This document shows, piece by piece, positions 44,662 to 54,547 of a stretch of DNA of 64,000 bases (its first letter is position 1; each line of letters opens with the position of its first letter). Origin of the DNA: Acutalibacteraceae bacterium (GTDB lineage: Bacteria > Bacillota > Clostridia > Oscillospirales > Acutalibacteraceae); NCBI GenBank assembly GCA_045539955.1, contig JAZQGI010000011.1:16832-80831 (forward strand). Direction: 5' to 3'. The position numbers were made by a program, and so were the translations under genes. The notes under the pieces were generated by a model that worked only from the letters and a program-made list of their open reading frames with translations, searched no databases and was not told the origin of the DNA.

Positions 44662-46092
44662 TCAGCACTGTTTCATCAGTCGGATATAAAATTCAACCGC
44701 TTTGTGAATAGTTTCTACAGGAATACGCTCATTATTTCCGTGAATTGTGGCTCGCTCTTCGCTTGAAAGCGCCATTGCAGAAAATCTATATACCTTATCC
44801 GAAATTCTGCCGTAATGACGCGAATCAGAGCACTGCACCATTAAATAAGGTGAAACAATAGCTCCCTGCCAGGTAGAAGCAACCGCCGTTGATACCTTTT
44901 CGAATGCCTCACAATCAGTTTGTGAAATACGGCTTGGGTTCATTCCGCCAAGTGCCGTAAGTTCTATGTTTTCATCATCAATAGTTTTTCGTAAATATTC
45001 GAGCGCATTGTCAATTGTATCACAAGGATTAAGGCGAATATTTGAAACGAGCGTAGCCTCAGGAGGAATAACATTAAACGCATCGCTTCCACTTGCCTTT
45101 GTAAAGGCTACCGTACTGCGTAAAAGAGCGTTCATCTCACCGCCCTGTTTTTTAGCAAGTAGATTAAGCACAGGCGCAAACAGCCATAAATTAGCAAAAA
45201 TCATTTTATAAAAGAAAGAGGAATGTCTGCCCAATGTATCAAACATCTCTTTTACAGGCTTTGTGATGTGCATTCTAAACGGATTTTCCTCTATCCTGCA
45301 GCAAGCCTCTGCCAAAGCGGGTATGGGTGAATTAGGCTTTGGCGCAGATGCGTGACCGCCTTGTGAAACAGCCTTATATTCAACATTAAGCATACCTTTT
45401 TCGGCAATACCTATAAGCCCGCAAGGCTCTTTAACACCAGGAAAAACATTTTCTACAACAGCTCCGCCCTCATCAACAACAAGGGCTAAATCGATATTGT
45501 TTTCTTCAAAATAATCAACAATCTTAACCGCGCCAAGACCGTTGATTTCTTCATTACCCGAAAAAGCGAAATAAATATCATTCTCTGGCACAAAGCCTTG
45601 GGAAATCAATGCTTCTGCTGCCGATAAAATGCCGTTCATTGTAGCCTTTGTATCAAGCGTTCCTCTGCCCCAAACAATACTGTCTATAAGCTCGGCATCA
45701 AAGGGCGGCTTTTCCCAACCATCTTCATCAACAGGCACAACATCATAATGCGCCATCATAACCGACGGTTTATCGTGACTTTTTCCCTCCCACAAGAAAA
45801 GAAGCCCGCGTTCACTTGAAAGCTTTAATTTACAAGTCTTAAAAACTGTTGGATAAAGCTTAGGCAACGCCTTGGTAAACCTTGTAAATTCTTTTTTATC
45901 TTCCTTTAAGGAATCGGTATAGGAAACAGTTTTAAAACGGACAAGCTCCCTTAAAGTTTCAACCGCTCTGTCCTTATCAAATTCAACCGCCTGTTCGATA
46001 ATCTGCGCATTTTTCTTAGGTGTAAAAGTAATTGTTCGCAAAAGCAAAAACGCAATAAATAATATTAAAACCGAAGCTAATATATAAACCAT
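44662..46092 (-). CDS. membrane-anchored M20-family metallopeptidase
   Basis: N-terminal TM helix, then MAHYDVVPV and GRGTLDTK motifs of M20/M25/M40 peptidases. 476 aa. Confidence 0.8.
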   Translation of the reverse strand: MVYILASVLILFIAFLLLRTITFTPKKNAQIIEQAVEFDKDRAVETLRELVRFKTVSYTDSLKEDKKEFTRFTKALPKLYPTVFKTCKLKLSSERGLLFLWEGKSHDKPSVMMAHYDVVPVDEDGWEKPPFDAELIDSIVWGRGTLDTKATMNGILSAAEALISQGFVPENDIYFAFSGNEEINGLGAVKIVDYFEENNIDLALVVDEGGAVVENVFPGVKEPCGLIGIAEKGMLNVEYKAVSQGGHASAPKPNSPIPALAEACCRIEENPFRMHITKPVKEMFDTLGRHSSFFYKMIFANLWLFAPVLNLLAKKQGGEMNALLRSTVAFTKASGSDAFNVIPPEATLVSNIRLNPCDTIDNALEYLRKTIDDENIELTALGGMNPSRISQTDCEAFEKVSTAVASTWQGAIVSPYLMVQCSDSRHYGRISDKVYRFSAMALSSEERATIHGNNERIPVETIHKAVEFYIRLMKQC

Positions 46093-46760
46093 TAAATTAC
46101 ACCCTTTTTATAAAGAATTCTCGCAACTCCCAGAGTAAATAAAACGCCTACAGGCGCCATAATCCCCACTTCACCGCTTGTAAGCGGGGTAAATATGAAT
46201 AATGCCAACATTAAAATTAAAGGCGCTATTGCAAGTTTGAAATTTTTAGAAATAAATACCACAGCCAAACCGCCGAAAAGTGCGGGCAAAAGCTGGTCGA
46301 AAGCAGGCTTTAAAACGGGAGATTCAAGCAAAGCCCCAAGATTTGATACCTGTATTAAAACAACGCCGATAATTATAATAAACGTGGTAACAATACTCGA
46401 AACCGCTATAGCAATAGTCGAAATAATTTCACCCTCTTCTGAGTTGGCCTTTACATTTGCTTTTTCCATAGCATCAAGCGCACAAGGAAGCTTAAGATTC
46501 GAAATATTACCCGTCACAAACGACAGATATGAACCGCCTGCGCCAAGCATTGGTATATAAGTGAAAATTTCAATAATACCAACTGCCCAATACATAGGTA
46601 ATACCGAAAGCATTGCCCTAAGCATTGCAGACCACTGCGGAGCTACGCCGAAAATCAAACAAAGAATTAGTGGGAAAGCTAAAATAAGTACAAATAAAGT
46701 GTATCCCCAAATGCGACCGTCTCGGTGAACACTTTCAAGATATGTCATTTCCTTTTTCAT
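46092..46760 (-). CDS. polytopic membrane protein, unknown function
   Basis: 222 aa with about six TM helices. Start and stop overlap the neighbouring genes. Confidence 0.6.
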   Translation of the reverse strand: MKKEMTYLESVHRDGRIWGYTLFVLILAFPLILCLIFGVAPQWSAMLRAMLSVLPMYWAVGIIEIFTYIPMLGAGGSYLSFVTGNISNLKLPCALDAMEKANVKANSEEGEIISTIAIAVSSIVTTFIIIIGVVLIQVSNLGALLESPVLKPAFDQLLPALFGGLAVVFISKNFKLAIAPLILMLALFIFTPLTSGEVGIMAPVGVLFTLGVARILYKKGVI

Positions 46761-46772
46761 AAAAACTTCCCC

Positions 46773-47507
46773 CTATCCTAACCAATTTGTAATCGGTATA
46801 GCTGATGCCATACCGCAAACAAGACTTATAGGCAACGCATAATCGGTTATCCATCTTAACTTGAAAATCTTTGCACACAGACCGCAAATAAGCATAATAA
46901 CCGCTGAAATTACCATTACAAGCACAGGGATAAGCGCAGAAGTTTTGCCCGAAAATACGCTCGAAAAATCCCAAAAAACATATCCCAAAAATGCTGAAAT
47001 CATACCAAGAAACATTGCGTTTGTGAAAATTTCACTCCACTTTTTATCCATATTTTCGATTTTCTTCATACCCTTTTGTATTCTCTTAGCCAATAATGGA
47101 GTAAGAAAAAGACCGATTATTATCCCCAATGTCATAACCCAAGCAACCGTAACAAAAGCAGAAGCAGAGTCAATTTGCTTGCCCATTTCAGTGCCGAGTT
47201 CGTTTAATGTATTGCCTGCGGCTATAGTTTCATAAGAAAGCGAACCAATAATCGAAAGCCTGAGCCACGGAAGCGGCAACCCTAAAGATTTCGACAGCGC
47301 CACAACACCTACAAGAATTGATATTGCTGGTGCGATTGTGAAAAGCGCTGCAGAAATAACTGTCTTTTTCAGACTGCTTTTTTGCATACCTATCTGAAGC
47401 GCTCTACGATAAGCTCGAACTAAAAAATAAACCGACTGCGCGAGAACTATCAGAATAAGTAACGTAACCATTGCAAAAAGAATGGGATGATTTACATTGA
47501 ATTTCAT
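46773..47507 (-). CDS. polytopic membrane protein, unknown function
   Basis: 244 aa with about six TM helices. First gene of a 5-gene minus-strand cluster. Confidence 0.6.
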   Translation of the reverse strand: MKFNVNHPILFAMVTLLILIVLAQSVYFLVRAYRRALQIGMQKSSLKKTVISAALFTIAPAISILVGVVALSKSLGLPLPWLRLSIIGSLSYETIAAGNTLNELGTEMGKQIDSASAFVTVAWVMTLGIIIGLFLTPLLAKRIQKGMKKIENMDKKWSEIFTNAMFLGMISAFLGYVFWDFSSVFSGKTSALIPVLVMVISAVIMLICGLCAKIFKLRWITDYALPISLVCGMASAIPITNWLG

Positions 47508-47772
47508 TGCGAACTTCCTTTCTTTTAACTATTTAAATTTTAACACAGTGTGTAATTTTAGGCAAGTTTTAATCTAATAAATTATATAAAATCCCAAATA
47601 TTAACTAAAAAATAGTAAAAAATATTGCCTTTTTACCGAAAATACGAAAAATGTAAAAAAATGCTTTATTTTTTCTTAAATTTTTGCTATAATTATTTAG
47701 ATACTTTCAGGGTGTCAATAATTTTGTTAAAGATGGACACTGTTCCATAAAAATTTAGGAGGTTGATTCATA

Positions 47773-50403
47773 ATGAGTCACAAGTATGTTTACCTTTTTT
47801 CTGAAGGCGACGCTTCAATGCGTGAGCTCCTCGGCGGTAAGGGTGCCAACCTTGCAGAAATGACCAAAATCGGTCTTCCTGTTCCTCAGGGTTTCACTGT
47901 TTCTACCGAAGCTTGCACACAGTATTATGAAGATGGCAGAAAAATTAATGACGATATCCAGGCACAGATTATGGAATACATCGTTAAAATGGAAGAAGTT
48001 GTCGGCAAAAAGTTTGGTGACAAGGAAAATCCGTTACTCGTTTCTGTTCGTTCAGGCGCACGCGCTTCTATGCCCGGTATGATGGACACCATTTTAAACC
48101 TCGGCCTTAACGAAGAGGTTGTTGAAACTATGGCTGCAAAGTCAGGCAACGCCCGTTGGGCTTATGACTGCTACCGTCGTTTCATCCAGATGTATTCTGA
48201 CGTAGTTATGGAAGTTGGTAAGAAATATTTTGAAGAGCTTATCGACAAAATGAAAGAAGAAAAGGGCGTTACTCAGGACGTAGAACTCACCGCTGACGAC
48301 CTTAAAGAACTTGCAAATCAGTTCAAAGCTGAATATAAAGCAAAAATCGGTTGCGACTTCCCATCTGATCCTAAGGAACAGTTAATGGGCGCTATCGAAG
48401 CTGTTTTCCGTTCATGGGACAACCCCCGTGCTAACGTTTACCGTCGTGACAACGATATTCCTTATTCTTGGGGTACCGCTGTTAACGTACAGATGATGGC
48501 TTTCGGTAATATGGGTGATAACTGCGGTACAGGTGTTGCCTTTACCCGTGACCCTGCTACAGGTGAACCCGGACTTATGGGCGAATTCCTCACCAACGCT
48601 CAAGGTGAAGACGTTGTTGCAGGTGTTCGTACTCCTATGCCGATTGCTGAAATGGCTGAAAAATTCCCCGCAGCATTCGAAGAATTTAACAAGGTTTGCG
48701 CTATCCTTGAAGACCACTACCGCGATATGCAGGATATGGAATTCACTGTTGAAGACGGCAAACTCTATATGCTCCAGACTCGTAACGGTAAGCGTACCGC
48801 TAAGGCTGCTCTTAAAATCGCGTGTGACCTCGTTGACGAAGGTATGATCGATAAGAAGCAGGCTGTTGCTATGATCGATCCCCGTAACCTTGACACCCTC
48901 CTCCATCCTCAGTTCGATGTAAAGGCTTTAAAGACTGCTACTCCTGCTGGTAAGGGCTTGGGCGCTTCTCCAGGTGCTGCTTGCGGTAAGGTTGTATTCA
49001 CTGCAGAAGATGCTGAAGAATGGAACAACCGTGGCGAAAAGGTTATCCTCGTTCGTTTGGAAACTTCACCTGAAGATATCACAGGTATGAAGGCTTCTCA
49101 GGGTATCCTCACCGTTCGCGGCGGTATGACTTCACACGCTGCCGTTGTTGCTCGTGGTATGGGTACATGCTGCGTATCTGGTTGCGGCGACATCATTATG
49201 GATGAAGAAAATAAGAAGTTTACACTTGCAGGTAAAACCTATAACGAAGGCGACTACATTTCAATCGACGGTTCAACAGGTAATATCTATGACGGTATTA
49301 TCCCAACTGTTGATGCTGAAATCGCAGGCGAATTTGGTAGAATTATGGCTTGGGCAGACGAATTCAGAACCTTAAAGGTTCGCACCAATGCTGATACACC
49401 TGCTGACGCTAAGAAGGCTCGTGAGCTCGGCGCTGAGGGTATTGGTCTTTGCCGTACTGAGCATATGTTCTTCGAAGCTGACAGAATCGCTGCTTTCCGT
49501 GAAATGATTTGTTCTGACACAGCAGCTGAGCGTGAAGCTGCTCTCGAAAAGATTCTCCCCTATCAGCAGGGCGACTTCGAAAAGCTTTATGAAGCACTCG
49601 AAGGTTATCCTGTTTGCATCCGCTTCCTTGATCCGCCTCTCCACGAATTCGTTCCTACTGAAGAAGCAGACATCAAGGCTTTGGCTGATGCTCAGGGCAA
49701 AACTGTCGAAGATATTAAGAACATCATTTCTTCTCTCCACGAATTCAACCCAATGATGGGTCACCGTGGCTGCCGTCTTGCTGTTACCTATCCCGAAATT
49801 GCTAAGATGCAGACTGCTGCTGTTATCCGTGCAGCTATTAATGTTAAGAAAGCTCATCCTGACTGGAACATAGTTCCCGAAATTATGATTCCTCTTACAG
49901 GCGAAGTCAAAGAGCTTAAATACGTTAAGGATGTTGTTGTTGCTACTGCTGACGCAGAAATCGCAGCTGCTGGCGCAGACCTCAAGTACGAAGTTGGTAC
50001 TATGATGGAAATCCCAAGAGCTTGTCTCACAGCTGACGACATCGCAAAAGAAGCTGAATTCTTCTGCTTCGGTACTAACGACTTGACCCAGATGACCTTC
50101 GGCTTCAGCCGTGACGGTGCTGGTAAGTTCTTGAACGCTTACTATGATACAAAGATTTATGAAAACGATCCATTTGCTAAGCTTGACCAAACAGGCGTTG
50201 GTAAACTTATGGATATGGCTGTTACAATGGGTAAAAAGACCCGTCCTGAAATTCACTGCGGCATCTGCGGTGAACACGGCGGCGACCCTGTATCTGTTGA
50301 ATTCTGCCATAATATTGGTCTTGACTATGTATCTTGCTCACCTTTCCGTGTTCCGATAGCACGCCTCGCTGCAGCACAGGCTGCTATCAAAGAATCTAAG
50401 TAA
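47773..50403 (+). CDS. ppdK: pyruvate, phosphate dikinase
   Basis: 876 aa. LGGKGANLAEM ATP-grasp start, phospho-His segment GGMTSHAAVVARG and a C-terminal PEP-utilizer TIM domain (CGEHGGDP). Confidence 0.95.
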   Translation: MSHKYVYLFSEGDASMRELLGGKGANLAEMTKIGLPVPQGFTVSTEACTQYYEDGRKINDDIQAQIMEYIVKMEEVVGKKFGDKENPLLVSVRSGARASMPGMMDTILNLGLNEEVVETMAAKSGNARWAYDCYRRFIQMYSDVVMEVGKKYFEELIDKMKEEKGVTQDVELTADDLKELANQFKAEYKAKIGCDFPSDPKEQLMGAIEAVFRSWDNPRANVYRRDNDIPYSWGTAVNVQMMAFGNMGDNCGTGVAFTRDPATGEPGLMGEFLTNAQGEDVVAGVRTPMPIAEMAEKFPAAFEEFNKVCAILEDHYRDMQDMEFTVEDGKLYMLQTRNGKRTAKAALKIACDLVDEGMIDKKQAVAMIDPRNLDTLLHPQFDVKALKTATPAGKGLGASPGAACGKVVFTAEDAEEWNNRGEKVILVRLETSPEDITGMKASQGILTVRGGMTSHAAVVARGMGTCCVSGCGDIIMDEENKKFTLAGKTYNEGDYISIDGSTGNIYDGIIPTVDAEIAGEFGRIMAWADEFRTLKVRTNADTPADAKKARELGAEGIGLCRTEHMFFEADRIAAFREMICSDTAAEREAALEKILPYQQGDFEKLYEALEGYPVCIRFLDPPLHEFVPTEEADIKALADAQGKTVEDIKNIISSLHEFNPMMGHRGCRLAVTYPEIAKMQTAAVIRAAINVKKAHPDWNIVPEIMIPLTGEVKELKYVKDVVVATADAEIAAAGADLKYEVGTMMEIPRACLTADDIAKEAEFFCFGTNDLTQMTFGFSRDGAGKFLNAYYDTKIYENDPFAKLDQTGVGKLMDMAVTMGKKTRPEIHCGICGEHGGDPVSVEFCHNIGLDYVSCSPFRVPIARLAAAQAAIKESK

Positions 50404-50424
50404 TTAGATTTATAATGTAAAATT

Positions 50425-50454
50425 ATCCCCGCCGATTTCTCGGCGGGGATTTTT
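50425..50454 (+). terminator. ppdK terminator hairpin
   Basis: ATCCCCGCCG-atttct-CGGCGGGGAT followed by T4. Confidence 0.8.
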
Positions 50455-50462
50455 GTCGTAAC

Positions 50463-51185
50463 TTATTTGTTCTTCTTGATAATTTTTATGCATTCATCGT
50501 AAGTTAGTATAAATCCTTCTTTTGTATCATAAAAACTAACACAAGTTGGTATTGGTAAATTCATTTGTTCAAATTCAGTGAATTTTTTTAATTCAGGTAT
50601 GTCTATAACAATAATTGTTCCTATTACATCTAAAAGATTATGTTCAGTATAAGTGTATCCTATGGCATCTAAATTTGCTATATAATACTCTTTTTCATGA
50701 AGATTTTCTTTTTTATAATCTTCTGGAGTCAACATCATATCAGGCTCGTCGTAAGACGTGATGGACAACCATTCCGCATTGCTAACTGTGACACCATCAA
50801 ATTTAAAAGCAACTTCATTTTTGTTGTATAATATTATGTAATCTTTATTTGCATCAAAACAATCACCCTGTACGTTATAATATTCTTTTTCTATATCTCC
50901 AAAAGCATTTTTCTTAACATTTTTTTCGAATTCGGCTGGATAATCTTTAAAATAAGTATTCCAGTTTTCTTTAGTTAACTTAACTATCTTTGCTGCTTCA
51001 AGAAATTTTTCCTTAGAGATAGTTAATGTAGAACCATCCCAAGATATTTTTTCATTACCTGATGCGGTACTGTTAGTTACAATTGAATTAATATTTGTCT
51101 TCGAATCAGTCAGATTATTGCTCTTGCAGGCGGACAAACTCAATAATATACAAAAAGATAATATTAGCGATATAATCAATTTCAT
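50463..51185 (-). CDS. lipoprotein of unknown function (AT-rich)
   Basis: Signal peptide with lipobox LSLSAC. 240 aa. AT-richer than the neighbouring genes. Confidence 0.65.
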   Translation of the reverse strand: MKLIISLILSFCILLSLSACKSNNLTDSKTNINSIVTNSTASGNEKISWDGSTLTISKEKFLEAAKIVKLTKENWNTYFKDYPAEFEKNVKKNAFGDIEKEYYNVQGDCFDANKDYIILYNKNEVAFKFDGVTVSNAEWLSITSYDEPDMMLTPEDYKKENLHEKEYYIANLDAIGYTYTEHNLLDVIGTIIVIDIPELKKFTEFEQMNLPIPTCVSFYDTKEGFILTYDECIKIIKKNK

Positions 51186-51329
51186 AAATACTCACCTTTA
51201 ACATTTTTTCTGTATTATAATATATAATCAATAAAAAAACAAGACTATTAATGCAATTCCCCCTTTTGCAGATAGCAGCACAGGCTGCAATCCAGGATAT
51301 GAAATAATTCATAACCTCATAAATAAGCT

Positions 51330-51355
51330 ATCCCCACCGAGAAATCGGTGGGGAT
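51330..51355. repeat. inverted second copy of the ppdK terminator hairpin with compensatory base changes
   Basis: ATCCCCACCG-agaaat-CGGTGGGGAT. The loop is the reverse complement of the first copy, and G>A / C>T changes at paired positions keep the stem intact. Confidence 0.7.
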
Positions 51356-51365
51356 TTTATGTATG

Positions 51366-51394
51366 TTGCAAATGTTTTTATATAATGATATAAT
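51366..51394 (+). promoter_or_regulatory. sigmaA promoter of the AKR-MFS-pfkB block (TTGCAA-17-TATAAT)
   Basis: -35 at 51366-51371, -10 at 51389-51394. Confidence 0.5.
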
Positions 51395-51416
51395 ATCCAA
51401 AAAGGGTGTGATTTTT

Positions 51417-52331
51417 TTGTTTAGTATTAAACTTGGAAAAAGCGGATTATTAGCACCTACTATTGCAGTGGGTTGTATGAGAATTGCAAATATGACAGAA
51501 AACGAGGTCTCTGCTTTTGTGGAAACCGCTATCTCGCACGGCGCTAACTTCTTTGACCACGCCGATATTTACGGTGGTGGAAAAAGTGAAGAAGTTTTCG
51601 GAAAAGCAATAAAATCATACAACCGCGAAGATATTATAATCCAAACTAAATGCGGTATCGTACGCGGAGAAATGTTCGATTTTTCTTATGAACATATCAT
51701 GAATTCGGTTGAGAGCAGTCTTAAAAGACTCGGTACCGACTACATAGATGTACTTCTTCTCCACCGCCCTGACACCCTTGTCGAGCCAGAAGAAGTAGCG
51801 AGAGCTTTTGACCTTTTGAAATCTTCAGGCAAGGTTAGAAACTTTGGCGTATCTAACCAAAATCCATATCAAATTCAACTGCTACAAAAATATCTTACAA
51901 TGCCAATTTGCGCCAATCAGTTACAATTAAGTATTATGCACACACCGATGATTCAAGCGGGATTTAATGTGAATATGTATAATGATTCAGCTGTAAACCG
52001 AGACGGCGGTGTGCTTGATTTTTGCCGTCTTAATGATATTACTATTCAACCATGGTCGCCAATGCAATACGGATTTTTCGAGGGTTGCTTTGTAGATAAC
52101 GATAAATTCCCCGAATTAAACAAAGTAATGGAAGAAATCGGTAATAAATACGGTGTCTCAAAAACCACAATTGCTATTGCTTGGCTTTTGCGCCACCCGG
52201 CAAAAATGCAACCTGTTACGGGCACCACAAACTGTCAGAGATTAAAAGACAGCATAAAAGCCACCGAAATATCACTCACCCGTGAAGAATGGTACAAAAT
52301 CTATAAAGCGGCAGGTAATCTTTTACCTTAA
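51417..52331 (+). CDS. aldo/keto reductase
   Basis: GCMRI..., FFDHADIYGGGKSEE, LLLHRPD and GVSN motifs. Start tentatively at TTG 51417 (downstream of the promoter); the track start 51348 lies upstream of the promoter. Confidence 0.8.
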   Translation: MFSIKLGKSGLLAPTIAVGCMRIANMTENEVSAFVETAISHGANFFDHADIYGGGKSEEVFGKAIKSYNREDIIIQTKCGIVRGEMFDFSYEHIMNSVESSLKRLGTDYIDVLLLHRPDTLVEPEEVARAFDLLKSSGKVRNFGVSNQNPYQIQLLQKYLTMPICANQLQLSIMHTPMIQAGFNVNMYNDSAVNRDGGVLDFCRLNDITIQPWSPMQYGFFEGCFVDNDKFPELNKVMEEIGNKYGVSKTTIAIAWLLRHPAKMQPVTGTTNCQRLKDSIKATEISLTREEWYKIYKAAGNLLP

Positions 52332-52344
52332 AGGAGAAATATTT

Positions 52345-53625
52345 ATGAAAACAAAATTAGGCTCTAAATTTTGGATAGCACTTACAATCTTTAGCCTTAT
52401 GGGGCAGATCGCCTGGGTTGTTGAAAATATGTATTTCAATGTTTTCATTTATAAGATATTTTCTGCAACGGCTAACGATATTGCAAATATGGTCTCTGCT
52501 TCGGCAATTACCGCAACCCTTACAACCGTTTTTATGGGTGCACTATCCGACAAGATCGGAAAACGGAAACTCTTTATATCCTTAGGTTATATCCTTTGGG
52601 GTATTTCAATTTTCAGCTTTATCTTCTTGCGAGAGGATATTATAAGCAAAACCTTAGGGCTTACAGTTTCGGCTGCAAGTATGGGTGTTACTCTTACAAT
52701 AATTCTCGACTGTGTTATGACATTTTTCGGCTCCACCGCTAATGATGCCGCCTTTAACGCTTGGCTTACCGATTCAACCGATTCTTCAAACCGTGGCTCT
52801 GCCGAGGGTATAAATGCTATGATGCCGCTTGTGAGTATACTTGTGGTTTTTGGTGGATTTATGTTCTTTGATTTAGAAAAAGCAGAAAGCTGGAGCCTTA
52901 TTTTTACAATAATTGGTGTTTTGACAACAGCTATTGGTATTCTCGGTTTCTTTATAATAAAAGAACCGCACACAGAACCTGCAAAAGACTCTTACATAGG
53001 CGGAATTATATACGGTTTCAGACCAAAAACCGTAGGCCAAAACCCGAAACTGTATCTCGGCCTTTTAGCATTTATTATTTTTAATATTTCAATCCAAATC
53101 TTTATGCCCTATCTCATTATTTACTACGAAGTCACCCTTAAAATGACCGACTATGTGCTTATAATGGCTCCCGCTATTATAATTGCATCGGTTGTAACTG
53201 CGCTTTGGGGTAAGGTTTACGATAAAAAGGGCTTCTCTTTTTCGGGACTTATTGCAGTTTTAAGTTTAATACTCGGATATATTATACTATACTTCACAAA
53301 AACCACTCTCCCTGTATTTTTAGGCTCACTGCTTATGATGAGCGGTTACCTTGCAGGAATGGCAGTATTCGGCGCAGTTATTCGTGACAATACACCCAAA
53401 GGCTTTTCAGGCAGACTTCAGGGAGTGAGAATTTTTTCACAAGTGTTAGTGCCTGGTGTTGTTGGCCCTGCTATTGCAAAAAAAGTGCTCGAAAATGCAC
53501 AGGTTATCACGAATAGCGACGGTACAACTTCTTTTATTCCAAATGCTAACATCTTCTTGGCTGCACTGATTACCGTAATACTCGTTCTGCCGTTTTTTAT
53601 AAAACGAAAGGATCCCGCGAAATGA
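52345..53625 (+). CDS. MFS transporter
   Basis: Start ATG 52345 with AAGGAG SD. About 12 TM helices. MFS loop motif LSDKIGKRK. Confidence 0.8.
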   Translation: MKTKLGSKFWIALTIFSLMGQIAWVVENMYFNVFIYKIFSATANDIANMVSASAITATLTTVFMGALSDKIGKRKLFISLGYILWGISIFSFIFLREDIISKTLGLTVSAASMGVTLTIILDCVMTFFGSTANDAAFNAWLTDSTDSSNRGSAEGINAMMPLVSILVVFGGFMFFDLEKAESWSLIFTIIGVLTTAIGILGFFIIKEPHTEPAKDSYIGGIIYGFRPKTVGQNPKLYLGLLAFIIFNISIQIFMPYLIIYYEVTLKMTDYVLIMAPAIIIASVVTALWGKVYDKKGFSFSGLIAVLSLILGYIILYFTKTTLPVFLGSLLMMSGYLAGMAVFGAVIRDNTPKGFSGRLQGVRIFSQVLVPGVVGPAIAKKVLENAQVITNSDGTTSFIPNANIFLAALITVILVLPFFIKRKDPAK

Positions 53626-54518
53626 TATACACTGTAACTCTTAATCCTTCGCTTGACTATATTGCTTTTTATGATACCTTTAATATCGGCAAAACAAACC
53701 GCACAAATAACGAATATATCGTTCCTGGCGGTAAAGGTCTTAATGTTTCGATTTTGCTTTCGCGCCTCGGTAATGATACAACCGCCCTTGGCTTTACAGG
53801 AGGATTTACAGGAGCAGAGCTTGAGCGTCTTTTAAAGCTTCAAAATATCAACTGTGATTTTACGAAAGTTTCGGAAAACACCCGAATAAATGTAAAATTA
53901 AGCAACCAAGAAATTACCGAATTTAACGCAAGCGGAATTTCACTCGATAATGAAAAAATTAAAGCCTTAAAAGAAAAGATAAAACAATTAAAATCGGGCG
54001 ACTGGCTTTGTCTTTCGGGCAGCATTCCAAAAGGTGCTAAAAGTGATATCTATTTACAATTAGCCCTGTGTGCTAAAGATGGCGTGAAGATTGTAGTTGA
54101 TACAGTGGGCGAGCCTTTAAAACAATCTTTAAATGCAAAGCCATTTCTTATAAAGCCAAATATTGACGAGCTTTGCGACCTTTTCGGTGTGAAAATTGAA
54201 ACCTTAGAGCAAGTGGAAATTTATGCCAATAAGTTGCAAAAATTAGGTGCTCAAAATGTTTTAATATCTATGGGAAGTGATGGTGCGCTTTTAGTAGACG
54301 ATAACGGTAACACCCACTTCCAAAAAGCACCTAAAGGCAAAGTGATAAACACTGTAGCCGCAGGTGACTCGATGATAGCAGGTTTTATTCACCGCTATTT
54401 AGAAACCCAAAATTTTTCTGACAGCCTTAAGTTTGCAGTATGTTCAGGCAGTGCTACCGCCTTTTCAAAATGGTTAGCCGAACCCCAACTGATAAATCAA
54501 TTATATAAATCGTTATAA
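53622..54518 (+). CDS. pfkB: 1-phosphofructokinase-family (PfkB) sugar-phosphate kinase
   Basis: MIYTVTLNPSLDY...PGGKGLNVS N-terminus and a C-terminal GAGDSMIAGF motif. 298 aa. Confidence 0.8.
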   Translation: MIYTVTLNPSLDYIAFYDTFNIGKTNRTNNEYIVPGGKGLNVSILLSRLGNDTTALGFTGGFTGAELERLLKLQNINCDFTKVSENTRINVKLSNQEITEFNASGISLDNEKIKALKEKIKQLKSGDWLCLSGSIPKGAKSDIYLQLALCAKDGVKIVVDTVGEPLKQSLNAKPFLIKPNIDELCDLFGVKIETLEQVEIYANKLQKLGAQNVLISMGSDGALLVDDNGNTHFQKAPKGKVINTVAAGDSMIAGFIHRYLETQNFSDSLKFAVCSGSATAFSKWLAEPQLINQLYKSL

Positions 54519-54521
54519 AAT

Positions 54522-54547
54522 AAAACCCCGCTTTTGCGGGGTTTTTG
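54522..54547. terminator. bidirectional terminator
   Basis: AACCCCGC-tttt-GCGGGGTT flanked by A and T runs. Confidence 0.8.

Noticed and set aside
49372-50310. A 312-aa antisense ORF inside ppdK, and other long antisense ORFs within ppdK, copA, the giant gene, clpC and others.
   Set aside because: They lie fully inside strongly supported genes on the opposite strand. They show no SD and have odd composition. This is typical of shadow frames of codon-biased genes.
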